From Squalus acanthias (lineage: Eukaryota), in assembly GCA_030390025.1 (NCBI GenBank), contig CM059433.1:20214001-20278000 (forward strand): 64,000 nucleotides of DNA. Reading direction: 5' to 3'. The translations under genes and the position numbers were made by a program. The notes beneath the pieces are model-generated. The model saw only the letters and a program-made list of their open reading frames with translations. It ran no database searches and was not told the DNA's origin. Positions 53,929-64,000 of this stretch are shown piece after piece (the first letter of the stretch is position 1; the number at the start of each line of letters is the position of its first letter).

Positions 53929-55539
53929 CGTGTCCTCTCTGGGGCTTTTGTGTATCGAAATGAACTGGACCATTTTCGGTCAGTCAGCCTGCTTTTAACC
54001 CTATATATGCAATTCCAGAAAGAGAAAATAACCAATAACATGATACGTCACAGACAAAAACGCTTCATTTTTGTTACAATCATTTACATTACTTTCAGGT
54101 GTTTTTATACTCCCTAAAAAGCAAAGCTCCCCCCCACCACCCCGCCTCAAAAGTTAAACCTTTTCAATATAAGAACAGATAGTGTAAGAGAACAATCACT
54201 TGTATTGCGTGTCAATAGACAGTATGGACAGGAGAAAGCATTCACAATTCACGCAGTCTAAGAGAGCTGTCATCCTTTGACATACCGTAAAGTAGGGATG
54301 AAGCTTAAAAATAAACAGTGTTTAATAAGCAAGAAGACTTTCTAACAACTGAGAAAAAAAACTCTTACTTTTAATGTGCTGTAACTGGTAAGAGCTAACG
54401 TGTAGTAATCTAGAGGGCGGTTCTCCACAAAAAGTAGAGGATGAAGTGGGATTTTCTCTCTCATTGCTTTTTCCTGCTCAGTTATATTCATCAGCAAAAG
54501 TTAAAATCCCTTTTAAATGTAAATATATCTATTAAAATTGAAGTAAATACTCATTAGAATCTCTGATTAAGAACGTGATGTGCAAATAGTGATGCATTCC
54601 CTGGTACTCGACGGATAAAATAGTCTAAGATTCCTGCCATTCAAGCACAGACAGGCCGCTTCTATTTCACTGTGCACTGCGTTTATCTGCATAGCAGGTT
54701 ATGGAAATCTCTCATGATGAATGAGATTGAACAGACATTCCTACTGAGAAATGGTTGGGAAAGTGTAATTTTCTGCTGGGTAACAGCAGGAAAGAAGATT
54801 CACTCTGGAGGAAGACATTGATTGAAAGTACGAATCACCTTCTGCTTTGCAGTCCTGAAGCAGATGGGAATGACTTGATTGGCTGACACAGGCAGCAGGC
54901 CTGACCTCAACTGAATAGCCGTGGTGTCCTTTAAAACGTGGCTTCTCCACAGTTTAAGGAAAAGCATTTCAAAGCATTGCTGTATTGTGGAGCTAGTAGT
55001 TAACTTCCATGAGACTAAACGCTGCATTAATTTTTATTATTGATTTGGTACATTATTTTTATGTGATGCAAGTCCTTGATAATACAGAAGGAGCATTAAA
55101 AATGTGAACTGTTTAAAGCTAAAAGGTTTAATTGTTCCGATGAAAAATTGCTATTGAATTAAATTGTGAACTTGACCGTGTGTAGTCATAGTATTAATCT
55201 CCTGTTCCAAAGCTTCAACCAGTACAGACCGACCACTGAGCAATGGTCACTGTTTATCTCTTTTCAGCTTGGTGGAGCACCAATCCTTGGCAATGTTTGC
55301 TTTGTGCAGTTACAGCTAGCTTCTGAATTAAAAAGACCGATACATTTGCCAGGGATAGGTCAGGTGCAGGTCTAGAGTCTGCACGCAATAGTCAATCTTT
55401 AATCCTTGCGCATTTAACAACGTAATACTTCATATTTATTTTATAAGTAAATGGAAACTTATAATTTTTAAAATCTAAACTGGTTGCTCTATATTTTGAA
55501 GTACTTATCGCAAGCCTTCCATTCCCAAAATACATGCAT

Positions 55540-56303
55540 GGGCCAGAAATTCGGCTCTCCGGCTTCCTGCGGGTACAAACATCGCGCGCGTACTTACCTA
55601 CCACGCCTGCCGTTGTGCTTCGGGCCCACGAGGACTTCGGCTCCTGGGCCTCCTCCAGCTGCCGGCCCGCAGTGCTTGCGTATCCCAGGGGCGCAGTTAG
55701 TTCGAAGCGTCCCCTGGGATCACGTGGGCCATGGAGAGCCAATCAGAGCAGGGCATTTTCATTCATAGATTTGACAGGAAGACCTGTCAAATCTATGAAT
55801 AGAGATCGGCCCCAAAACCACACTAAAACTTCAAATAAATTTAAAAAAAAACATCACATTTTTAAAATAACTATAAGTTACATAAATTAACTACTTTAAA
55901 CAAAAATTTTAATTTTTGAAAAAATTAATTATACTTTTTAACGGTGCTAAAAATAAACTTACCTTTCTTTAAAGTATGTAAAAAAGATAAACCTCTTGAA
56001 AAAATGTTTAAATTGTAATTAATTAACCACTTACCTTGTTAAAAACAGGCCTTGCGCCTCCTTTTTAAAAGTGCAGCTTCTCCATACTTACCCTCCCGGA
56101 GAAACCTGAAAAAAAAACCGAAGTTCGCTGCGTGCGCGCAGCCTCTCCCGCGCACGCGTTCAACTTCTGAACCCTTCCTTCAGGGGAACGGAAGTTCCGG
56201 TTTCCCGCGCATGCGCAGTGCATGTGTGAAACCGGCACTTCAGGTGGCCTTACGGGTGAGTACACAGCACGTATTCACCCGACAAGAGCCGAATTTCTGG
56301 CCC
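55540..56303 (+). mobile_element. Harbinger-type MITE, family B
   Basis: Perfect 19-bp TIR GGGCCAGAAATTCGGCTCT; colinear with 21668-22426; TSD ambiguous. Confidence 0.9.
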
Positions 56304-56399
56304 ATTATTATGGATTTATTGCATTATAATAGTCAGATTCCATGGTGTTGACCAGAATGGAATGGATTGGGCCAAACCTGACATTATGGACTGTAAGAA

Positions 56400-56858
56400 A
56401 GAAGAAAGAAAGACTTCATTTCACAACCACCAGATATCCCAATGCGCTTTACAGCCAATGAAGTACTTTTTGAAGTGTAGTCACTGTTGTAATGTAGGAA
56501 ACATGGCAGCCAATTAGCGCACAGCAAGCTTCCACACACAGCAATGTGATAATGTGCAGACAATCAGTTTTAGTGATGTTGATTGAGGATAAATGTTGGC
56601 CAGGGTACCAGGGATACCTCCCCTGATCTTCTTCAAAATAGTGCCATGGGATCTTTTACGTCCACCTGAGAGGGCAGACAGGGCCTCTGTTTAACATCTC
56701 ATCTGAAAGATGACAGCTCCGACAGTGCAGCACTCCCTCAGCACTGCACTGGAGTGTCAGCCTAGATTTTTATGCTCAAGTCTCTGGAGTGGGACTTGAA
56801 TTCACATGCCTTCATAACTCAGAAGCAAAGGTGCTATCAACTGAGCCACAGCTAACAC
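56400..56858 (-). mobile_element. Deu-domain SINE, full length; further decayed (+) copies near 52600-52925 and 57090-57380
   Basis: Reverse-complement match to 22572-22995. Confidence 0.82.
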
Positions 56859-57412
56859 CAAACAACACCTGAATCTTCACTGGATCTTGAAGTATGGGAA
56901 TTACTGTTTGATCGAATAACCAGTCCCCTAAATGGTTGATCAAATAAAGGAATGTTTCAGACTGGTATTGATTGGTCGAATCAGACTAGGCACTGTTCAT
57001 TGGCAGAATTCAAATTGGGTCTTTCTCGTTGGGAATGACAATTCAGTCAATTGACTGGATCAACTGTAAATGTATTGACGTGTTACTTAATGATGAGATG
57101 TTAAACTGTGGCTTATCTGTCCACTCAACTGGACGTAAAAAGATTCCATGACACTTTTTGAACATCCTCTCAGTATCCTGGCCAATATTTATCCCTCATC
57201 CAACACCAGTGAAAGAAACAGATTACCTGGTCATTGATCTCATTTCTGTTTATGGGACCTTCCTAAGTGCAAATTGTCTCCGTGTTTCCCAACATTACAA
57301 CAGTGATTACACTTCAAAATATTCGATTGGCTGAAAAGCACTCAAGGATGTCATGAAAGGTGCTATATAAATGCAAGTCTGTTTGTTCATAAATCGAATT
57401 GCTAAATCTCAA

Positions 57413-57992
57413 GGGGGTAAAATTGGGTTGCTTTGCGCTCCCCGTTAACGCCCCCAGGGGCATTAACGGGGCGCAAAGCCCCTAGCGCCCGGGCACAGTG
57501 CCGCTAACGCCTCCCCCGAACATCATCGTCATGCGCAGCGCCCCGCTTGCTCCCTGGCCGCAAACTTCCCTCGCGCCCCCTGACCTATCGCCGGACGATA
57601 TGTCCGACCGGTTCAAGGGGCGTTTTGGCAGCAGCGGTGGCGCAAATTAAAGGGCAAGTGCCGGGCGGCCATTTTTCTTTTGGCCGACTGCCAGCACCTG
57701 CTCCTTCTTACCTCTGCCTGTGGGGTGCCGGCCGCGACCGCTCAGCCCGGCACTGCTCTTGAGCGCCGGGCTGTTTTCACGGCACCCCGCTGCCCGGTGG
57801 TCCGGCAGGGCCCCGGTGCGCACAACGCTAGGCCCCTCCCCTCTAATCAGGGGTGGAAGCCTGCAATGACGCGGCCTGCTTGGGGCGCTACTACTGAATT
57901 TATGGCATAGGGGCGCTAACTTTTTCGGGGAGCTAAAATTAGCGCCCCGGCGACGTTAGCGCCCCAAAGGGGGCGCCACTGAATTTTCCCCC
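57413..57992 (+). mobile_element. Family-A MITE (580 bp), ending 232 bp upstream of the CSMD1 exon
   Basis: TIRs GGGGGTAAAATT and AATTTTCCCCC; CAA duplicated at 57410-57412 and 57993-57995. Confidence 0.9.
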
Positions 57993-58224
57993 CAAATGTT
58001 CACGTCTACTTTGTAGTTGTTTAACTGTGACACACTGGCTTCTGGGAAGGCAAGGAGTCTGTGGGGCTTAAATCTGCATTAGCTAGTCTTTGGTATGTTG
58101 GGAAAATGTAACAAAAGAATGATAATCCATAAAAGGACAAAATCGTTTTGACTTTTGATCACAAATGCTAAATGATTCTGGTATGATTTCTCATTTACTC
58201 TTTTCATGTTGCATGTTTCCTCAG

Positions 58225-58337
58225 GGTGACTGGCTTTCAACTTCCATCACCAGTTGTCAGCACTGGCTCAATCTTGACGCTCTGGTTCACCACAGATTTT
58301 GCTGTCAGCGCACAAGGATTCAAGGCTGTTTATGAAG
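58225..58337 (+). CDS. CSMD1: Internal coding exon (exon 3 equivalent) of CUB and Sushi multiple domains 1, C-terminal half of CUB1
   Basis: Acceptor ...tttcctcag|G at 58224/58225 and donor GAAG|gtaaaa at 58337/58338. 113 bp, entering in phase 2 and leaving in phase 1. Translates VTGFQLPSPVVSTGSILTLWFTTDFAVSAQGFKAVYE, nearly identical to the recalled CSMD1 segment (STGSILTLWFTTDFAVSAQGFKA) and unlike the CSMD2/3 equivalents. Confidence 0.93.
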
Positions 58338-58983
58338 GTAAAAGTGTTACCACAATGTTTACCTGTTTAACTGCTACGCTCTGAGATTATTTGAAGTCTT
58401 GATTCTTTCTGAACTGGAATATAAATGTTTCAGGTTGTAATGTCCTCATGTTTTCACCATACATGGTTAAAGCTGAGCAATAAACAGGAATAAAAGGGCT
58501 CCCCCAATGGCTGAGCGAATGTATCCAGTGATTAGATGAGCCACACAGACCAGGTGCATACCCTGGTATATGCTGAGTTGGCTCATCTCAGCCAGTGCAG
58601 CAGCTGCAACAATTGGCCTCAGTACCTCAGGGTTAGAAAGATAAATTGGCAGAACTTTCACTCCTGATTGCTGTCAAGTGACCCCTTAGTGGGAGTGCGC
58701 ATGTGTGGAATGTCAGGTGAGGATAGGTTCAAGCTCAAATAGCCTGCTGATACCCGGGGCTGGATTTTCCACCCTCCGAATCCAATTTCAGGCAGCTGTG
58801 GGAGAAGCCATTCTACAAGCTCCCTGTTGTCACCAGCACTTCCAGGATTTCCCGCTGGAAAAGATGACAGATATTAAATACGTTCACCACTATTTGGATG
58901 GGCATATTCAACTTAGAGGTGCACAACGAAAAAATGTTACCTCGTGGATTTCCCACCATTACTGCTTTACCACTGCTGGGTGT

Positions 58984-61936
58984 CTGGAACCTCATGTGTT
59001 CCTGGTATCTAGCACTGGAACCTCATGTGTTCCTGGTATGTAGCACTGGAACCCCATGTGTTCCTGGTATGTAGCATTGGAACCCCATGTGTTCCTGGTA
59101 TCCAGCACCGGAACCCCATGTGTTCCTGGTATGTAGCACTGGAACCTCATGTGTTCCTGGTATCCAGCACTGGAACCCCATGTGTTCCTGGTATCCAGCA
59201 CTGGAACCCCATGTATTCCTGGTATGTAGCACTGGAACCCCATGTGTTCCTGGTAATCAGCACTGGAACTCCATGTGTTCCTCGTATCCAGCACTGGAAC
59301 CCCATGTGTTCCTGGTATCTAGCACTGGAACTCCATGTGTTCCTCGTATCCACCACTGGAACCCCATGTGTTCCTTGTATGTAGCACTGGAACCTCATGT
59401 GTTCCTGGTATCTAGCACTGAAACCCCATGTGTTCCTGGTATCCAGCACTGGAACCCCATGTGCTCCTGGTATCCAGCACTGGAACCCCATGTGTTCCTG
59501 GTATCCAGCACTGGAACCCCATGTGTTCCTGGTATCCAGCACTGGAACCCCATGTGTTCCTGGTATCTAGCACTGGAACCCCATGTGTTCCTGGTATCCA
59601 GCATTGGAACCTCATGTGTTCCTGGTATGTAGCATTGGAACCCCATGTGTTCCTGGTAATCAGCACTGGAACCCCATGTGTTCCTGGTATCCAGCACTGG
59701 AACCCCATGTGCTCCTGGTATCCAGCACTGGAACCTCATGTGTTCCTGGTATCTAGCACTGGAACTCCATGTGTTCCTCGTATCCAGCACTGGAACCCCA
59801 TGTGTTCCTGGTATCTAGCACTGGAACTCCATGTGTTCCTGGTATCTAGCACTGGAACCTCATGTGTTCCTGGTATCTAGCACTGGAACCCCATGTGTTC
59901 CTTGTATGTAGCACTGGAACCCCATGTGTTCCTGGTATCTAGCACTGGAACTCCATGTGTTCCTGGTATCTAGCACTGGAACCTCATGTGTTCCTTGTAT
60001 GTAGCACTGGAACCCCATGTGTTCCTGGTATGTAGCACTGGAACCTCATGTGTTCTTGGTATCCAGCACTGGAACCCCATGTGCTCCTGGTATCCAGCAC
60101 TGGAACCCCATGTGTTCCTGGTATGTAGCACTGGAACCCCATGTGTTCCTGGTATCCAGCACTGGAACCTCATGTGTTCCTGGTATCCAGCACTGGAACC
60201 CCATGTGTTCCTGGTATCTAGCACTGGAACCCCATGTGTTCCTGGTATCCAGCACTGGAACCTCATGTGTTCCTGGTATGTAGCACTGGAACCCTGACAT
60301 GAATCTTGTCATTCATGTATGAAGTAATACTGGGCAGCCTGCTGGTGGCGCTGTCCAGGGAGAGTATAAATACTCGGGCATGGGCCCAGCTTGCTTAGGA
60401 CATTCCTCAACAGGAACTAGGGAAGGACACAACTAGATCTCCATGTTGTAAAACAGTTGATTAAAGCTTTGTTTAACGCTTAGTCCAAGTGCCTAGTAAT
60501 TTTCTTACGTCAAACCTCATGTGTTCCTGGTATCCAGCACTGGAACCCCATGTGTTCCTGGTATCCAGCACTGGAACCTCATGTGTTCTTGGTATGTAGC
60601 ACTGGAACCTCATGTGTTCCTGGTATGTAGCACTGGAACCCCATGTGTTCCTGGTATCCAGCACTGGAACCTCATGTGTTCCTGGTATGTAGAACTGGAT
60701 TCCCATGTGTTCCTGGTATCCAGCACTGGAAACCCATGCGTTCCTGGTATGTAGCACTGGAACCCCATGTGTTCCTGGTATCCGCACAGGAACCTCATGT
60801 GTTACTAGTATCCAGCACTGGAACTCCATGTGTTCCTGGTATCCAGTACTGGAACCTCATGTGGTCCCCTGGTATCCAGCACTGGAACCCCATGTGTTCC
60901 TGGTATCCAGCACTGGAACCCCATGTGTTCCTGGTATCCAGCACTGGAACCCCATGTGTTCCTGGTATCCTGCACTGGAACCCCAAGTGTTCCTGGTATC
61001 CAGTACTGGAACCCCATGTGTTCCTGGTATCCAGCACTGGAACCCCATGTGTTCCTGGTATCCAGCACTGGAACCCCATGTGTTCCTGGTATGTAGCACT
61101 GGAACCCCATGTGTTCCTGGTATCTAGCACTGGAACCTCATGTGTTCCTGGTATCCAGCACTGGAACCCCATGTGTTCCTAGTATCTAGCACTGGAACCC
61201 CATGTGTTCCTAGTATCTAGCACTGGAACCCCATGTGTTCCTGGTATGTAGCACTGGAACCCCATGTGTTCCTGGTAATCAGCACTGGAACCCCACGTGT
61301 TCCTGGTATCCAGCACTGGAACCTCATGTGTTCCTGGTATCTAGCACTGGAACCCCATGTGTTCCTGGTATGTAGCACTGGAACCTCATGTGTTCCTGGT
61401 ATCCAGCACTGGAACCCCATGTGTTCCTGGTATCCAGCACTGGAACCCCATGTGTTCCTGGTATCTAGCACTGGAACCTCATGTGTTCCTGGTATCCAGC
61501 ACTGGAACCTCATGTGTTCCTGGTATCCAGCACTGGAACCTCATGTGTTCCTGGTATCCAGCACTGGAACCTCATGTGTTCCTGGTATCCAGCACTGGAA
61601 CCTCATGTGTTCCTGGTATCCAGCACTGGAACCTCATGTGTTCCTGGTATCTAGCACTGGAACCTCATGTGTTCCTGGTATCCAGCACTGGAACCTCATG
61701 TGTTCCTGGTATCTAGCACTGGAACCCCATGTGTTCCTGGTATGTAGCACTGGAACCCCATGTGTTCCTGGTATCCAGCACTGGAACCTCATGTGTTCCT
61801 GGTATCCAGCACTGGAACCTCATGTGTTCCTGGTATCCAGCACTGGAACCCCATGTGTTCCTGGTATCCAGCACTGGAACCTCATGTGTTCCTGGTATCC
61901 AGCACTGGAACCTCATGTGTCCTGGTATCCAGCATT
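58984..61936. repeat. 31-bp minisatellite, consensus GGTATCCAGCACTGGAACCYCATGTGTTCCT, about 88 units in two blocks
   Basis: Direct tandem repeats at 58984-60294 and 60513-61936; unit count estimated as length/31. Confidence 0.97.
60295..60512 (+). mobile_element. Small solo LTR (218 bp) inside the minisatellite
   Basis: Termini TGACATGA and TTACGTCA; flanks AACCC and AACCT; TATAAATA at 60365-60372; ATTAAA at 60460-60465. Confidence 0.8.
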
Positions 61937-64000
61937 GCTACAACAGCACGAGGTGGGCCGGGGCGGGGGGTTGCAGGGTTAAATTTCAGGGGCTGCCTTG
62001 CCGAATGCAATCTGTCACAAAGCCTGCCACCAACATCAGTCCAGTAGATCTGCTGGAGTCAGCAGTCACTGGGATGGGCCACTAATTTGGCAGGAAAAAT
62101 CCAGTCCTCACTGTTGAGTTTCACACATGAATAATGACTCATTGGCAGAGGCACCACAGAGTGACTGGCATTGTTGAAACCGTAACCCCAGCAAGAGGTC
62201 AATGGCAACAGGAGAGGGAAAAAAATAGTGAGAAACTGGGCAATTGCACAATGCACAGATCTGACAAGAGGGAAAACCTATTATAATACATTAGCACAAT
62301 TGTTTTTTCATGTATCACATTCATTATTGTATTAATGAGAAAATATTATCACTTGGCAAGCTGGAGAAACAGTTCAGCCATTTGCAGCCCTGAAAGTAAG
62401 AACTGAAACATCCCAACCCTTGGTTTTAGATTACAATTAAGGATTACTAGCTGTTAAATCTATCTGGGGAGTTCTAAAGCTCCTTGATCTTTGCCTCTCG
62501 ATTACAAATGATGATCCTCTGCATGAAAGATAGCGAGATGAAAGTAAAACATGCCATCGTGCTCTCAATGATAAGTAGTGACTAGCAAGCACGAGGAATT
62601 TAACAAAAATGTTCTGATCCATATCTATCGTGGCATCCCAAAAAGATGGGCTGTGCACAAATCCTTCAGGTAAAGAATATGACAAATCCAGAAATAGGCC
62701 TGGATTTGATGTAAATGCTCCTTCACTGACATCACCTCATACAGCAACTATAAGCTCCGACTACTTGAATCCAAGAAGGAGCTAATAATTGCGAGATTAG
62801 GTGGCTGGATGGGAATTGAAATCCCATCTGAATCCAAGTTAGATAGCAGATGAACGAATGATTCAGTTCTTGGGAGTTAAGAGTCTTGAGAGATCGACAA
62901 CAGCTGGATGGAAAGATGCTACAAAGGAAAGGTAAGGATTTAGCTGAAAGAAAGAAATGTTATACTCAGAAGTCGATACAGAAGTAAATCTACTGAGATG
63001 TGGGGGTCAGTTTCGTTGGCTGCATGACTGGGCATCTTCTGAAATCTCCTCTCACAAACCCATTAAAAATGGAATCTCAGTAAACTTGTATAATTATTCG
63101 GGCCATAATTTTCGACAATGCTCTATGTACTGAAATGTGCAAGGGTAAAATGAATCAAATCGGCTGGAGATCAATCCACCAGCTTCTCCCTTGATCCTTC
63201 CTATTTCAATCGCTCCTTTCCTCAAGACCATGGGTGAATGAATAAAAATCATCCTCAGACAGAATGCCATGGAGGAAATCTGTCAAAGTAGGACCCAAAA
63301 ATGTGGGTAATTTATTCGTAGTTATATTTGTATTTCTCTCATCACTTGTTTGCTTAAAGCCACTAAGGAAATGAAACGCATGAAAGACTTAGTCGAAAAT
63401 TGAATTGAACTATTTTTACAAAGGACAATCTTTTTAAGATATTTCAATCCCAAATTAAAGGTTTGCTGATCGCTCTCTATGTTACTTGACAAGGTCTAAC
63501 CTGTAGATTTATGCTAATAGGACAGGGTACACCTACAGAAATACCCAGTGCAAAATAACCTCCTGGTGTTAACAGCAGAAAAAAAAAATCCTTCAACCGT
63601 AACAGTGTCAAATGTTCGACCCATCTCACGACAAGTTGTAGGCAACAGCAATTTCTCTGGGCTTTCTCATTTTGACAGCACCAAGAATTAGAAGTGTAAT
63701 TGTGGTAATACAATTGTGAATGACAACTTTGTCTTCAGCATTTAAAATCTGGGCTTTTGTCACTTGCAACATGAAAAGTTGGTGAATGCCTTCTGGCTGA
63801 ATCAATAGGTGTTATATTTTTATCTCAACACACGGAATGGGATGGTTATTTTGCCTCTTTTTCTCTTGTTTTCCTGAGATGTTGGAGGTATTCATTGAAA
63901 TAATTGTGGATGCCGAAATTGTTTAATTTGTGTATTTTAAACCTTAATTGAAGAATTAGTTGATTAATACTTTAATAGGTAATGTTACCGTGGAACATAT

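Noticed and set aside
58984..61936. CRISPR-like array (31-bp partly palindromic repeats)
   Set aside because: Units are head-to-tail with no unique spacers, no cas genes are present and the context is a vertebrate intron.
58992..62085. Many repetitive ORFs (MCSWYPALEPHVFL.., MGFQCWIPGTHG..)
   Set aside because: They arise from a mostly stop-free 31-bp unit read in all frames on both strands.

Overview
Repeat-dense vertebrate genomic DNA, most likely a shark or other cartilaginous fish (inferred from the V-SINE/HE1-like SINE, Deu-domain SINEs and many CR1/L2/RTE LINEs). The only host coding sequence I can support is one 113-bp exon at 58225-58337 (+) that matches exon 3 of CSMD1 (end of the first CUB domain). 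The rest is therefore giant intron. It holds a nearly complete CR1 ORF2, a full-length decayed Gypsy element with very short LTRs, two solo LTRs and a ~3-kb 31-bp minisatellite. The most notable content is about 15 PIF/Harbinger-type non-autonomous elements from several families. They have GGG-starting ~13-bp TIRs and 3-bp TSDs. Eight clean insertions share a symmetric target signature (A-N-N-Y|NWN|R-N-N-T). Three longer members keep convergent Myb-like and transposase remnants, and two families carry TTGACAG..CTGTCAA hairpins. I found no prokaryote-type system; most ORFs in the track are TE fragments or repeat artefacts. Family assignments come from recalled motifs, not database searches.
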